Part shown: positions 11,939-23,363 of the stretch, piece by piece
How positions within the stretch are numbered: position 1 is the stretch's first letter
Layout: each line of letters opens with the position of its first letter
NCBI RefSeq assembly: GCF_003018255.1
Contig: NZ_CP027440.1
DNA from: Escherichia coli
GTDB lineage: Bacteria; Pseudomonadota; Gammaproteobacteria; Enterobacterales; Enterobacteriaceae
Reading direction: 5' to 3' (one strand)
Length of the DNA stretch: 64,000 nt
Notes under the pieces: generated by a model
What the model saw: only the letters and a program-made list of their open reading frames with translations
Told to the model about the DNA's origin: nothing
Database searches by the model: none
Made by a program: the position numbers and the translations under genes

Positions 11939-12991
11939 ATGAAAAAAATACCCTGCGTGATGATGCGAGGTGGAACCTCGAGGGGCGCGTTCCTGTTAGC
12001 GGAACATCTACCCGAAGATCAAACGCAGCGCGATAAAATATTGATGGCAATTATGGGTTCCGGTAACGATCTGGAAATTGACGGTATTGGCGGCGGTAAT
12101 CCGCTGACCAGTAAAGTCGCCATTATTAGCCGCTCCAGCGATCCGCGTGCAGATGTCGATTATCTGTTTGCTCAAGTTATCGTCCATGAGCAACGTGTCG
12201 ATACCACGCCTAACTGCGGCAATATGCTGTCTGGCGTTGGGGCATTCGCCATTGAAAATGGTTTGATTGCAGCGACTTCGCCAGTTACCCGCGTACGTAT
12301 CCGCAACGTCAATACGGGTACGTTTATCGAAGCTGATGTGCAAACGCCAAATGGTGTTGTCGAGTACGAGGGTAGCGCCAGAATTGACGGCGTACCGGGT
12401 ACTGCCGCACCGGTTGCGCTCACTTTCCTGAATGCCGCCGGAACGAAAACCGGAAAAGTCTTCCCGACGGATAATCAGATTGATTATTTTGACGATGTCC
12501 CGGTGACCTGTATCGATATGGCGATGCCAGTTGTCATTATTCCTGCTGAATATCTGGGAAAAACAGGCTATGAATTACCGGCAGAGCTGGATGCCGACAA
12601 AGCATTATTAGCCAGCATTGAATCTATCCGTCTACAAGCGGGTAAAGCAATGGGCTTAGGCGATGTCAGTAATATGGTTATCCCTAAACCTGTACTTATT
12701 TCTCCAGCGCAGAAAGGCGGGGCAATTAATGTGCGTTATTTTATGCCGCATTCTTGCCATCGCGCTTTGGCGATAACCGGTGCTATTGCTATTTCCTGTA
12801 GTTGTGCATTGGAAGGCACCGTCACCCGACAAATCGTCCCTTCTGTAGGATACGGCAATATCAATATTGAACACCCCAGTGGTGCGCTCGACGTTCATTT
12901 AAGTAATGAAGGTCAGGATGCCACGACGTTACGCGCATCTGTTATTCGGACGACAAGAAAAATATTTTCCGGTGAAGTTTATCTTCCCTGA
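11939..12991 (+). CDS. ybhH: PrpF/AcnD-accessory family putative isomerase
   Basis: 350-aa ORF MKKIPCVMMRGGTSRGAFLL, typical PrpF-like N-terminus. Confidence 0.88.
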   Translation: MKKIPCVMMRGGTSRGAFLLAEHLPEDQTQRDKILMAIMGSGNDLEIDGIGGGNPLTSKVAIISRSSDPRADVDYLFAQVIVHEQRVDTTPNCGNMLSGVGAFAIENGLIAATSPVTRVRIRNVNTGTFIEADVQTPNGVVEYEGSARIDGVPGTAAPVALTFLNAAGTKTGKVFPTDNQIDYFDDVPVTCIDMAMPVVIIPAEYLGKTGYELPAELDADKALLASIESIRLQAGKAMGLGDVSNMVIPKPVLISPAQKGGAINVRYFMPHSCHRALAITGAIAISCSCALEGTVTRQIVPSVGYGNINIEHPSGALDVHLSNEGQDATTLRASVIRTTRKIFSGEVYLP

Positions 12992-13066
12992 AAAATTTTG
13001 TTGTCGTGATAATGACAATCAATAAAGGAATTCTGTATGAGTCATACAGAAAGAACAGGATATTAA

Positions 13067-14500
13067 ATGAATAAAAAATCGTTATGGAAGCTAATTCTGA
13101 TATTAGCGATCCCATGTATTATTGGCTTTATGCCAGCTCCGGCAGGATTAAGCGAACTGGCGTGGGTGCTTTTTGGTATTTACCTGGCGGCCATTGTGGG
13201 GCTGGTTATCAAGCCTTTCCCGGAACCTGTCGTACTGTTAATTGCCGTCGCCGCATCGATGGTAGTGGTGGGTAACTTATCAGGTGGGGAATTTAAAACC
13301 ACCGCCGTATTAAGCGGTTACTCTTCCGGTACCACCTGGCTGGTGTTTTCTGCGTTTACTTTAAGCGCCGCGTTTGTAACCACAGGCTTAGGTAAACGTA
13401 TTGCCTATCTGCTGATTGGTAAAATTGGTAGCACTACCCTGGGTCTGGGTTACGTTACGGTATTTCTCGATCTGGTACTGGCTCCGGCAACACCGTCTAA
13501 CACCGCGCGTGCGGGCGGCATCGTGTTACCGATCATCAACAGCGTGGCAGTGGCTTTGGGATCAGAACCGGAAAAAAGTCCGCGTCGTGTTGGACATTAC
13601 CTGATGATGTCCATTTACATGGTCACTAAAACCACCAGCTATATGTTCTTTACCGCAATGGCGGGGAACATTCTGGCGCTGAAAATGATCAACGACATTC
13701 TGCACCTGCAAATTAGCTGGGGTGGATGGGCGCTGGCCGCTGGATTGCCGGGTATCATTATGCTGCTGGTCACCCCGCTGGTGATTTACACCATGTATCC
13801 GCCAGAAATTAAGAAGGTGGATAACAAAACCATCGCCAAAGCGGGCCTTGCCGAACTGGGACCGATGAAAATCCGCGAAAAAATGCTGCTCGGTGTCTTC
13901 GTGCTGGCGCTGCTGGGCTGGATTTTCAGTAAGTCACTGGGGGTTGATGAATCCACCGTGGCAATCGTTGTTATGGCGACTATGCTGCTGCTGGGTATCG
14001 TTACCTGGGAAGACGTGGTTAAAAATAAAGGCGGCTGGAATACCTTAATCTGGTACGGCGGTATTATCGGCTTAAGCTCCTTATTATCGAAAGTTAAATT
14101 CTTTGAATGGTTAGCTGAAGTCTTTAAAAATAACCTGGCATTTGATGGTCACGGTAACGTTGCTTTCTTCGTTATTATTTTCCTCAGCATCATCGTGCGT
14201 TATTTCTTCGCTTCCGGTAGTGCCTATATCGTTGCTATGTTACCTGTATTTGCCATGCTGGCGAACGTCTCCGGCGCACCGTTAATGTTAACCGCGCTGG
14301 CACTGTTGTTCTCTAACTCCTATGGCGGCATGGTTACTCACTATGGCGGCGCGGCAGGTCCGGTCATCTTTGGCGTGGGTTACAACGATATTAAATCCTG
14401 GTGGTTGGTCGGTGCGGTACTGACGATATTAACCTTCCTGGTGCATATCACCCTCGGCGTGTGGTGGTGGAATATGCTGATCGGCTGGAACATGCTGTAA
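13067..14500 (+). CDS. ybhI: DASS-family (divalent anion:Na+ symporter-like) transporter
   Basis: 477-aa polytopic membrane ORF MNKKSLWKLILILAIPCIIGFMPAP; follows ybhH. Confidence 0.88.
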   Translation: MNKKSLWKLILILAIPCIIGFMPAPAGLSELAWVLFGIYLAAIVGLVIKPFPEPVVLLIAVAASMVVVGNLSGGEFKTTAVLSGYSSGTTWLVFSAFTLSAAFVTTGLGKRIAYLLIGKIGSTTLGLGYVTVFLDLVLAPATPSNTARAGGIVLPIINSVAVALGSEPEKSPRRVGHYLMMSIYMVTKTTSYMFFTAMAGNILALKMINDILHLQISWGGWALAAGLPGIIMLLVTPLVIYTMYPPEIKKVDNKTIAKAGLAELGPMKIREKMLLGVFVLALLGWIFSKSLGVDESTVAIVVMATMLLLGIVTWEDVVKNKGGWNTLIWYGGIIGLSSLLSKVKFFEWLAEVFKNNLAFDGHGNVAFFVIIFLSIIVRYFFASGSAYIVAMLPVFAMLANVSGAPLMLTALALLFSNSYGGMVTHYGGAAGPVIFGVGYNDIKSWWLVGAVLTILTFLVHITLGVWWWNMLIGWNML

Positions 14501-14502
14501 AT

Positions 14503-14628
14503 ATACTCGTCATACTTCAAGTTGCATGTGCTGCGTCTGCGTTCGCTCACCCCAGTCACTTACTTATGTAAGCTCCTGGGGATTCACTCGCTTGTCGCCT
14601 TCCTGCAACTCGAATTATTTAGAGTATA
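14503..14628. repeat. ERIC/IRU element (enterobacterial repetitive intergenic consensus), complete 126-bp copy
   Basis: Contains cgctcaccccagtcacttactt (reverse complement of the ERIC2 primer) and atgtaagctcctggggattcac (ERIC1R), bounded by tatactcgtcatac and agagtata. Confidence 0.9.
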
Positions 14629-14658
14629 TCCATTTATTATCTTTCTGCGCACTTCACG

Positions 14659-16943
14659 GTGCGCAGATATCTGGAGCATTTGATGATCAAGTTATCTGAA
14701 AAAGGCGTGTTTCTCGCCAGCAATAACGAAATAATTGCCGAAGAACATTTCACCGGCGAAATAAAAAAAGAAGAAGCAAAAAAAGGCACTATTGCCTGGT
14801 CTATTCTCTCTTCTCATAATACGTCCGGAAATATGGATAAACTTAAAATTAAGTTTGATTCATTAGCCTCTCACGATATTACCTTTGTTGGTATTGTACA
14901 GACCGCTAAAGCGTCCAGTATGGAACGTTTCCCGCTGCCGTATGTGCTGACCAACTGCCATAACTCACTCTGTGCTGTGGGCGGCACCATTAACGGTGAT
15001 GACCATGTTTTTGGTTTATCGGCGGCCCAGCGTTATGGCGGTATTTTTGTGCCACCGCATATTGCGGTCATCCATCAATATATGCGTGAAATGATGGCGG
15101 CGGCGGCAAAATGATCCTCGGGTCAGACAGCCATACCCGTTACGGTGCGTTAGGGACAATGGCGGTTGGCGAGGGCGGCGGCGAGTTGGTAAAACAGCTG
15201 CTTAATGACACCTGGGATATCGACTATCCGGGCGTGGTTGCGGTGCATCTGACCGGAAAACCTGCGCCGTATGTGGGGCCGCAGGATGTGGCGCTGGCTA
15301 TCATCGGTGCCGTGTTCAAAAACGGTTACGTCAAAAACAAAGTGATGGAGTTCGTAGGTCCCGGTGTTGCAGCGCTCTCTACCGATTTCCGTAACAGCGT
15401 TGACGTGATGACCACTGAAACGACCTGTTTAAGTTCTGTCTGGCAAACCGATGAAGAAGTCCATAACTGGCTGGCGCTGCACGGTCGCGGCCAGGATTAC
15501 TGCCAACTTAACCCTCAACCAATGGCGTACTACGATGGCTGCATCAGCGTTGATTTAAGCGCCATCAAACCAATGATTGCGCTGCCATTCCACCCGAGCA
15601 ACGTGTATGAAATCGACACGCTGAACCAGAACCTGACCGACATTCTGCGTGAGATTGAAATTGAGTCCGAACGCGTGGCGCACGGTAAAGCCAAACTCTC
15701 GCTGCTGGATAAAGTGGAAAATGGTCGCCTGAAAGTGCAGCAGGGGATTATCGCGGGCTGTTCTGGCGGTAACTACGAAAACGTCATCGCGGCGGCGAAT
15801 GCGCTGCGCGGTCAATCCTGCGGCAACGATACCTTCTCATTGGCGGTTTACCCGTCATCACAGCCGGTGTTTATGGATCTCGCCAAAAAAGGTGTGGTAG
15901 CAGATTTGATTGGCGCAGGCGCAATCATCAGAACCGCGTTCTGCGGCCCATGCTTTGGTGCGGGCGATACGCCAATCAACAACGGTTTGAGTATTCGCCA
16001 CACCACGCGTAACTTCCCGAACCGCGAAGGCTCTAAGCCAGCTAATGGGCAGATGTCAGCGGTGGCGTTGATGGACGCTCGTTCTATCGCTGCAACTGCG
16101 GCAAACGGTGGCTATTTAACCTCTGCCAGCGAACTCGATTGCTGGGACAACGTGCCGGAGTACGCCTTCGATGTAACGCCGTATAAAAATCGCGTCTATC
16201 AAGGCTTTGTGAAAGGGGCGACCCAGCAACCGCTGATCTACGGACCGAACATCAAAGACTGGCCGGAATTGGGCGCGCTGACTGACAATATCGTCCTCAA
16301 AGTGTGCTCGAAGATCCTCGACGAAGTCACCACCACCGACGAACTGATTCCTTCCGGTGAAACCTCTTCTTATCGTTCAAATCCGATTGGTCTGGCGGAG
16401 TTTACCCTGTCACGCCGCGATCCCGGTTATGTTGGCAGAAGTAAAGCGACTGCTGAGCTGGAAAATCAGCGTCTGGCGGGGAATGTCAGCGAGCTGACAG
16501 AGGTGTTTGCGCGCATTAAGCAGATTGCTGGTCAGGAGCATATTGATCCGCTGCAAACTGAAATTGGCAGCATGGTCTATGCGGTGAAACCAGGCGATGG
16601 TTCTGCGCGTGAGCAGGCGGCGAGCTGCCAGCGTGTGATTGGCGGTCTGGCGAATATTGCCGAGGAATACGCGACTAAACGCTACCGTTCTAACGTCATC
16701 AACTGGGGGATGTTACCGCTGCAAATGGCGGAAGCACCAACGTTTGAAGTGGGGGATTACATTTACATCCCTGGCATTAAAGCGGCGCTGGATAATCCTG
16801 GAACGACGTTTAAAGGTTATGTGATCCATGAAGATGCACCGGTAACGGAGATTACGCTCTATATGGAAAGTCTGACTGCTGAAGAGCGCGAGATTATCAA
16901 GGCGGGTAGTTTGATTAACTTCAATAAAAACCGTCAGATGTAA
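14659..16943 (+). pseudogene. ybhJ: aconitase-family putative hydratase YbhJ, apparently interrupted by a frameshift
   Basis: Two ORF pieces in different frames: 14659..15114 (151 aa, ending [10 protein letters not shown]) and 15111..16943 (610 aa, [15 protein letters not shown] with aconitase DSHT motif). The downstream frame is open only from 15090, so the break lies in the gcggcggcggc tract at 15090..15112. Confidence 0.75.
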
Positions 16944-16954
16944 AAAGCGCCATG

Positions 16955-17070
<116 letters not shown>

Positions 17071-17083
17071 TAGTTAACAGCTC

Positions 17084-18367
17084 CTACTTCTTCGCCTCTG
17101 CAACCACTTTGCTACCCACGCCGCGGTTATTGTATTCCCACATGCGGTTGTAGTTAGTGTCATTCAGATTGCGCTGTACTTCGTCGTTATCATCAACGCT
17201 GCCGGTGTTACCCGCGAATGGACGATTGGAAATCACCGCATCAGCCCACGGTTTGGCTGTGTTAAAACCTTCGTTGATGGCGCTATCACGGATCACCACC
17301 TGACCGTTGGTATTGGCATCAACATCCAGCGAGCGGCCCAGTTGCGCCACGCCATCACCGGAAGCATTGAAACGACTGTTTACGGCGAGGAAACCGTAGT
17401 AAATGTTGGACAGCGTAGCCGGTGCAAACACATACGCTTCTTGCTGAGTACGTGAGTTCACCACGCGGAATTCGGTATTATCGAACACCACTGCGCCGCG
17501 ACCAGAAACGATATCCACATCCCCTTCAATGTAGCTGTTGGTCACCAGCGTACGCGGCTGACGATTCGTTTCCAGACGGTTCTGCACACCGCTGTTGGTG
17601 ACAAAGAAGGTGTTCTGACGACCGAGAATGTTAACGTTGTTAATCTGTACCTGGTCACCATCAGTACGCAGTGCCACCGCCGGATGGTTACCCGCATCTA
17701 CGCTATCGCCCAGCGTGTTTTCGATGGTCAGGTTTTGCAGTTGCAGTCCATTGTTTTGTGACCAGAAGACCGCAGAGCAGAGAACGCCGATACTGTCGCT
17801 GCGTTTGCTCTGGCAGCTATCGTACATATACCACGCTGGTTTACCTGGCATATATTTGCCGCGCGGGTTGACGTCGTGACGCCAGTCGGCGGGGCTCATG
17901 CCCCCATCAAGGGAAAGCCCAATCTTCACATCAATCGGTTTTTCACCTGTACCGTACAGAGTAATTCCACCCGGAGCGGCAGGGACATATACCGTTCCCT
18001 GATACTCACCAGGCATCACGGCAATATACTGGCGCTTGTTGGTACGCTTGATAATTGCCGCATCTACCGCCGCCTGAATCGTGGTATGCGTTACACCTTG
18101 AGTACCCGCCGGGCCGACAACAAAGTCAGGTTGTGCAGGCAGGGTAATCGGGGAAGGATTCCACGCTGCCGCACCTGGTGTCAGGGATGCAAAATAGTGT
18201 TGAGCATCGAAATTCTGCGCTTCTTTTGCCGACAGAATCGGGCGAGAAGAGGTACCAGGCGCGGTTTGATCAGAAGGACGTTGATCGGGCGGTGTTGAGC
18301 TACAGGCGGTCAGCGTCACGCCAAAAGCCAATGCCAGCGCCAGACGGGAAACTGAAAATGTGTTCAC
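17084..18367 (-). CDS. ybhC: outer-membrane lipoprotein, pectinesterase-fold acyl-CoA thioesterase-like
   Basis: 427-aa ORF with lipoprotein signal MNTFSVSRLALALAFGVTLTAC. Confidence 0.9.
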   Translation of the reverse strand: MNTFSVSRLALALAFGVTLTACSSTPPDQRPSDQTAPGTSSRPILSAKEAQNFDAQHYFASLTPGAAAWNPSPITLPAQPDFVVGPAGTQGVTHTTIQAAVDAAIIKRTNKRQYIAVMPGEYQGTVYVPAAPGGITLYGTGEKPIDVKIGLSLDGGMSPADWRHDVNPRGKYMPGKPAWYMYDSCQSKRSDSIGVLCSAVFWSQNNGLQLQNLTIENTLGDSVDAGNHPAVALRTDGDQVQINNVNILGRQNTFFVTNSGVQNRLETNRQPRTLVTNSYIEGDVDIVSGRGAVVFDNTEFRVVNSRTQQEAYVFAPATLSNIYYGFLAVNSRFNASGDGVAQLGRSLDVDANTNGQVVIRDSAINEGFNTAKPWADAVISNRPFAGNTGSVDDNDEVQRNLNDTNYNRMWEYNNRGVGSKVVAEAKK

Positions 18368-18518
18368 AGGTTGCTCCGGGCTATGAAATAGAAAAATGAA
18401 TCCGTTGAGGCCTGCTTTTTTATACTAACTTTAGCGAAACGGGAAGGTAAAAAGACAAAAAGTTGTTTTTAATACCTTTAAGTGATACCAGATGGCTTTG
18501 CGCCATCTGGCAGAGTAA

Positions 18519-18995
18519 TTAACTGAACATCGCGGTAATCGATGCGCTTGCCAGAGAGTGGAAATGGATGTTAAACCCGACCATCGCGCCGCTGGCACCT
18601 TCATCGACATCAATACGTTCTACATCCAGCGCATGAACGGTAAAAATGTAGCGATGGGTTTCGCCTTTCGGCGGCGCTGCACCATCGTACCCGGTTTTAC
18701 CAAAGTCGGTACGCGTCTGCAAAACGCCGTCTGGCATTGCTACCAGACCAGAGCCAAGCCCTTGCGGTAATACGCGGGTATCAGCGGGTAAGTTAACAAC
18801 TACCCAGTGCCACCAGCCGGAGCCGGTTGGCGCATCCGGGTCGTAGCAGGTGACAACAAAACTTTTCGTTCCCGCAGGAACATCATCCCACGCCAGATGC
18901 GGTGAAATATTATCGCCATCGTAACCCATGCCGTTAAAGACATGACGATGTGGCAACTTATCGCCATCGCGCAGATCATTACTGATGAGTTTCAT
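18519..18995 (-). CDS. ybhB: PEBP/YbhB-family protein
   Basis: 158-aa ORF MKLISNDLRDGDKLPHRHVFNGMGYDGDNISPHLAWDDVPAGTKSFVV with PEBP motifs. Confidence 0.92.
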   Translation of the reverse strand: MKLISNDLRDGDKLPHRHVFNGMGYDGDNISPHLAWDDVPAGTKSFVVTCYDPDAPTGSGWWHWVVVNLPADTRVLPQGLGSGLVAMPDGVLQTRTDFGKTGYDGAAPPKGETHRYIFTVHALDVERIDVDEGASGAMVGFNIHFHSLASASITAMFS

Positions 18996-19053
18996 GAACC
19001 CTCCTTTCTAGTTTGCAGAAAGTGTAGCCAGAACCCCTCACGCTGACTCCCGG

Positions 19054-20343
19054 TTATTGGCAAAAAAATGTTTCATCCTGCACCGCACGGTTAACCGCTA
19101 CGGTCAGACGCTGCAACTGTTGCGGGAGAATAATATAGGGCGGCATCAGGTAAATCAGTTTGCCAAAAGGCCGGATCCAGACACCCTGTTCGACAAAGAA
19201 TTTTTGCAGCGCTGCCATATTCACCGGACGAGTGGTTTCGACCACGCCGATTGCCCCCAGTACGCGCACATCGGCAACCATTTCGGCGTCACAGGCGGGG
19301 GCAAGTTGCTCGCGTAGCTGCCCTTCAATAGCCGCCACCTGATGCTGCCAGTCGCCAGATTCGAGAATCGCCAGGCTGGCGTTTGCTGCTGCGCAGGCCA
19401 GCGGATTGCCCATAAAAGTTGGCCCATGCATAAAGCAGCCGGCTTCGCCGTTACTGATGGTTTCCGCAACCTCGCGCGTGGTGAGCGTGGCGGAAAGGGT
19501 CATTGTGCCGCCGGTTAAGGCTTTACCGAGACACAAAATATCCGGCGCGATATCTGCATGTTCACAGGCAAACAGTTTGCCGGTACGACCAAATCCGGTG
19601 GCGATCTCGTCAGCAATCAGCAAGATACCTTCGCGATCGCACATTTTGCGGATTCGTTTTAACCATTCCGGATGGTAGATGCGCATCCCGCCTGCGCCCT
19701 GGACAATCGGTTCAATGATCACGGCGGCGATTTCATGACGATGTGCCGCCATCAGGCGGGCAAAGCCCACCATATCGCGTTCATCCCATTCACCATCCAT
19801 GCGGCTTTGCGGGGCGGGAGCAAACAAGTTTTCTGGCAGATAGCCTTTCCACAGGCTGTGCATTGAGTTGTCCGGATCGCACACAGACATCGCGCCAAAG
19901 GTATCGCCATGATAACCATTGCGGAAGGTCAGAAAACGCTGGCGCGCTTCGCCTTTGGCCTGCCAGTACTGCAACGCCATTTTCATCGCCACTTCCACCG
20001 CTACGGAACCGGAGTCCGCGAGAAAAACGCATTCCAGCGGTTGCGGCGTCATCGCCACCAGTTTGCGGCACAGCTCAATGGCTGGCGCATGAGTGATACC
20101 ACCAAACATCACATGCGACATGGCATCAATTTGCGTCTTCATCGCCGCATTAAGCTGCGGGTGATTGTAGCCGTGGATCGCCGCCCACCAGGACGACATA
20201 CCGTCAACCAGGCGTCTGCCGTCAGACAAAATTAGCTCGCAACCTTCGGCGCTCGCCACCGGATAAACCGGTAGCGGGGAGGTCATGGATGTGTATGGGT
20301 GCCAGATATGGCGTTGGTCAAAGGCAAGATCGTCCGTTGTCAT
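19054..20343 (-). CDS. bioA: adenosylmethionine-8-amino-7-oxononanoate aminotransferase
   Basis: ORF trimmed to [20 protein letters not shown] (429 aa); class-III aminotransferase; divergent from bioB across the bio operator. Confidence 0.95.
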   Translation of the reverse strand: MTTDDLAFDQRHIWHPYTSMTSPLPVYPVASAEGCELILSDGRRLVDGMSSWWAAIHGYNHPQLNAAMKTQIDAMSHVMFGGITHAPAIELCRKLVAMTPQPLECVFLADSGSVAVEVAMKMALQYWQAKGEARQRFLTFRNGYHGDTFGAMSVCDPDNSMHSLWKGYLPENLFAPAPQSRMDGEWDERDMVGFARLMAAHRHEIAAVIIEPIVQGAGGMRIYHPEWLKRIRKMCDREGILLIADEIATGFGRTGKLFACEHADIAPDILCLGKALTGGTMTLSATLTTREVAETISNGEAGCFMHGPTFMGNPLACAAANASLAILESGDWQHQVAAIEGQLREQLAPACDAEMVADVRVLGAIGVVETTRPVNMAALQKFFVEQGVWIRPFGKLIYLMPPYIILPQQLQRLTVAVNRAVQDETFFCQ

Positions 20344-20348
20344 AATCG

Positions 20349-20390
20349 ACTTGTAAACCAAATTGAAAAGATTTAGGTTTACGAGTCTAC
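20349..20390. promoter_or_regulatory. bio operator (BirA site) within the divergent bioA/bioBFCD promoters
   Basis: cttgtaaaccaaattgaaaagatttaggtttacgagtctac, the imperfect palindrome TTGTAAACC...GGTTTAC, sits between the divergent starts. Confidence 0.8.
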
Positions 20391-20429
20391 ACCGAATTAA
20401 CAACAAAAAACACGTTTTGGAGAAGCCCC

Positions 20430-21470
20430 ATGGCTCACCGCCCACGCTGGACATTGTCGCAAGTCACAGAATTATTTGAAAAACCGTTGCTGGATCTGCT
20501 GTTTGAAGCGCAGCAGGTGCATCGTCAGCATTTCGATCCACGTCAGGTGCAGGTCAGCACTTTGCTGTCAATTAAGACCGGAGCTTGTCCGGAAGATTGC
20601 AAATACTGCCCGCAAAGCTCGCGCTACAAAACCGGGCTGGAAGCCGAGCGGTTGATGGAAGTTGAACAGGTGCTGGCGTCGGCGCGCAAAGCGAAAGCGG
20701 CAGGATCGACGCGCTTCTGCATGGGCGCGGCGTGGAAGAATCCCCACGAACGCGATATGCCCTACCTGGAACAAATGGTGCAGGGAGTAAAAGCGATGGG
20801 GCTGGAGGCGTGTATGACGCTGGGTACGTTGAGTGAATCTCAGGCGCAGCGCCTTGCGAATGCCGGGCTGGATTACTACAACCATAACCTCGACACCTCG
20901 CCGGAGTTTTACGGCAATATCATCACCACACGTACTTATCAGGAACGCCTTGATACGCTGGAAAAAGTGCGCGATGCCGGGATCAAAGTCTGCTCAGGTG
21001 GCATTGTGGGTTTAGGCGAAACGGTAAAAGATCGTGCCGGATTATTACTGCAACTGGCAAACCTGCCGACGCCGCCGGAAAGCGTGCCAATCAACATGCT
21101 CGTGAAGGTGAAAGGTACTCCACTGGCAGATAACGATGATGTCGATGCCTTTGATTTTATTCGCACCATTGCCGTAGCGCGGATCATGATGCCGACCTCA
21201 TACGTGCGCCTTTCTGCCGGACGCGAGCAGATGAATGAACAGACTCAGGCGATGTGCTTTATGGCCGGGGCTAACTCGATTTTCTACGGTTGCAAACTGC
21301 TAACCACGCCGAATCCGGAAGAAGATAAAGACCTGCAACTGTTCCGCAAACTGGGGCTAAATCCACAGCAAACTGCCGTGCTGGCAGGGGATAACGAACA
21401 ACAGCAGCGTCTGGAGCAGGCACTGATGACCCCGGACACTGACGAATATTACAACGCGGCAGCACTATGA
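20430..21470 (+). CDS. bioB: biotin synthase (radical SAM)
   Basis: 346-aa [38 protein letters not shown] with CxxxCxxC (CPEDCKYC) cluster motif. Confidence 0.96.
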   Translation: MAHRPRWTLSQVTELFEKPLLDLLFEAQQVHRQHFDPRQVQVSTLLSIKTGACPEDCKYCPQSSRYKTGLEAERLMEVEQVLASARKAKAAGSTRFCMGAAWKNPHERDMPYLEQMVQGVKAMGLEACMTLGTLSESQAQRLANAGLDYYNHNLDTSPEFYGNIITTRTYQERLDTLEKVRDAGIKVCSGGIVGLGETVKDRAGLLLQLANLPTPPESVPINMLVKVKGTPLADNDDVDAFDFIRTIAVARIMMPTSYVRLSAGREQMNEQTQAMCFMAGANSIFYGCKLLTTPNPEEDKDLQLFRKLGLNPQQTAVLAGDNEQQQRLEQALMTPDTDEYYNAAAL

Positions 21471-22621
21471 GCTGGCAGGAGAAAATCAACGCGGCGCTCG
21501 ATGCGCGGCGTGCTGCCGATGCCCTGCGTCGCCGTTATCCGGTGGCGCAAGGGGCCGGACGCTGGCTGGTGGCGGACGATCGCCAGTATCTGAACTTTTC
21601 CAGTAACGATTATTTAGGTTTAAGCCATCATCCGCAAATTATCCGTGCCTGGAAGCAGAGTGCGGAGCAATTTGGCGTCGGTAGCGGCGGCTCCGGTCAC
21701 GTCAGCGGTTATAGCGTGGCACATCAGGCGCTGGAAGAAGAACTGGCCGAGTGGCTGGGCTATTCGCGGGCGCTGCTGTTTATCTCCGGTTTTGCGGCTA
21801 ATCAGGCAGTCATTGCCGCGATGATGGCGAAAGAGGACCGTATTGTTGCCGACCGGCTTAGCCATGCCTCATTGCTGGAGGCTGCAAGTTTAAGCCCGTC
21901 GCCGCTTCGCCGTTTTGCTCATAACGATGTCACTCATCTGGCGCGACTGCTTGCTTCCCCCTGTCCGGGGCAGCAACTGGTAGTGACAGAAGGTGTGTTC
22001 AGCATGGACGGCGATAGTGCGCCACTGGAGGAAATCCAGCAGGTAACGCAACAGCACGATGGCTGGTTGATGGTCGATGACGCCCACGGCACGGGCGTTA
22101 TCGGGGAGCAGGGGCGCGGCAGCTGCTGGCTGCAAAAGGTAAAACCAGAATTGCTGGTGGTGACTTTTGGCAAAGGATTTGGCGTCAGCGGGGCAGCGGT
22201 GCTTTGCTCCGATACGGTGGCGGATTATCTGGTGCAATTTGCCCGCCATCTTATTTACAGCACCAGTATGCCGCCCGCTCAGGCGCAGGCATTACGTGCA
22301 TCGCTGGCGGTCATTCGCAGTGATGAGGGTGATACACGGCGCGAAAAACTGGCGGCACTCATTACGCGTTTTCGTGCCGGAGTACAGGATTTGCCGTTTA
22401 CGCTTGCTGATTCATGCAGCGCCATCCAGCCATTGATTGTTGGTGATAACAGCCGTGCGTTACAACTGGCAGAAAAACTGCGCCAGCAAGGCTGCTGGGT
22501 CACGGCGATTCGCCCGCCAACCGTACCTGCTGGTACTGCGCGACTGCGCTTAACACTAACAGCCGCGCATGAAATGCAGGATATCGACCGTCTGCTGGAG
22601 GTGCTGCATGGCAACGGTTAA
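21467..22621 (+). CDS. bioF: 8-amino-7-oxononanoate synthase
   Basis: 384-aa [28 protein letters not shown]; overlaps the bioB stop. Confidence 0.95.
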   Translation: MSWQEKINAALDARRAADALRRRYPVAQGAGRWLVADDRQYLNFSSNDYLGLSHHPQIIRAWKQSAEQFGVGSGGSGHVSGYSVAHQALEEELAEWLGYSRALLFISGFAANQAVIAAMMAKEDRIVADRLSHASLLEAASLSPSPLRRFAHNDVTHLARLLASPCPGQQLVVTEGVFSMDGDSAPLEEIQQVTQQHDGWLMVDDAHGTGVIGEQGRGSCWLQKVKPELLVVTFGKGFGVSGAAVLCSDTVADYLVQFARHLIYSTSMPPAQAQALRASLAVIRSDEGDTRREKLAALITRFRAGVQDLPFTLADSCSAIQPLIVGDNSRALQLAEKLRQQGCWVTAIRPPTVPAGTARLRLTLTAAHEMQDIDRLLEVLHGNG

Positions 22622-23363
22622 TAAACAAGCCATTGCAGCGGCATTTGGACGGGCAGCCGCACACTATGAGCAACACGCCGATCTACAGCGCCAGAGTGCT
22701 GACGCCTTACTGGCAATGCTCCCACAGCGTAAATACACCCACGTACTGGATGCGGGTTGTGGACCAGGCTGGATGAGCCGCCGCTGGCGAGAGCGTCACG
22801 CGCAGGTGACTGCGTTAGATCTCTCTCCGCCAATGCTTGTTCAGGCACGCCAGAAGGATGCCGCAGACCATTATCTGGCGGGAGATATCGAATCCCTGCC
22901 GTTAGCGACTGCAACGTTCGATCTTGCATGGAGCAATCTCGCGGTGCAGTGGTGCGGTAATTTATCCATGGCACTCCGCGAGCTGTATCGGGTGGTGCGC
23001 CCCGGAGGCGTGGTCGCGTTTACCACGCTGGTGCAGGGATCGTTACCCGAACTGCATCAGGCGTGGCAGGCGGTGGACGAGCGCCCGCATGCTAATCGCT
23101 TTTTACCGCCAGATAAAATCGAACAGTCGCTAAACGCCGTGCATTATCAACATTATATTCAGCCCATTACGCTGTGGTTTGATGATGCGCTCAGTGCCAT
23201 GCGTTCGCTGAAAGGCATCGGTGCCACGCATCTTCATGAAGGGCGCGACCCGCGAATATTAACGCGTTCGCAGTTGCAGCGATTGCAACTAGCCTGGCCG
23301 CAACAACAGGGGCGATATCCTCTGACGTATCATCTTTTTTTGGGAGTGATTGCTCGTGAGTAA
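22608..23363 (+). CDS. bioC: malonyl-ACP O-methyltransferase
   Basis: ORF trimmed to [27 protein letters not shown] (251 aa) with SAM-binding LDAGCGPG; overlaps the bioF 3' end. Confidence 0.92.
   Translation: MATVNKQAIAAAFGRAAAHYEQHADLQRQSADALLAMLPQRKYTHVLDAGCGPGWMSRRWRERHAQVTALDLSPPMLVQARQKDAADHYLAGDIESLPLATATFDLAWSNLAVQWCGNLSMALRELYRVVRPGGVVAFTTLVQGSLPELHQAWQAVDERPHANRFLPPDKIEQSLNAVHYQHYIQPITLWFDDALSAMRSLKGIGATHLHEGRDPRILTRSQLQRLQLAWPQQQGRYPLTYHLFLGVIARE

Noticed and set aside
15111-16943. Treating the 610-aa ORF as an independent gene separate from the 151-aa ORF
   Set aside because: The aconitase DSHT motif sits at the very N-terminus of the 610-aa piece, and the 151-aa piece supplies the expected upstream domain, so the two are one gene interrupted by a frameshift.
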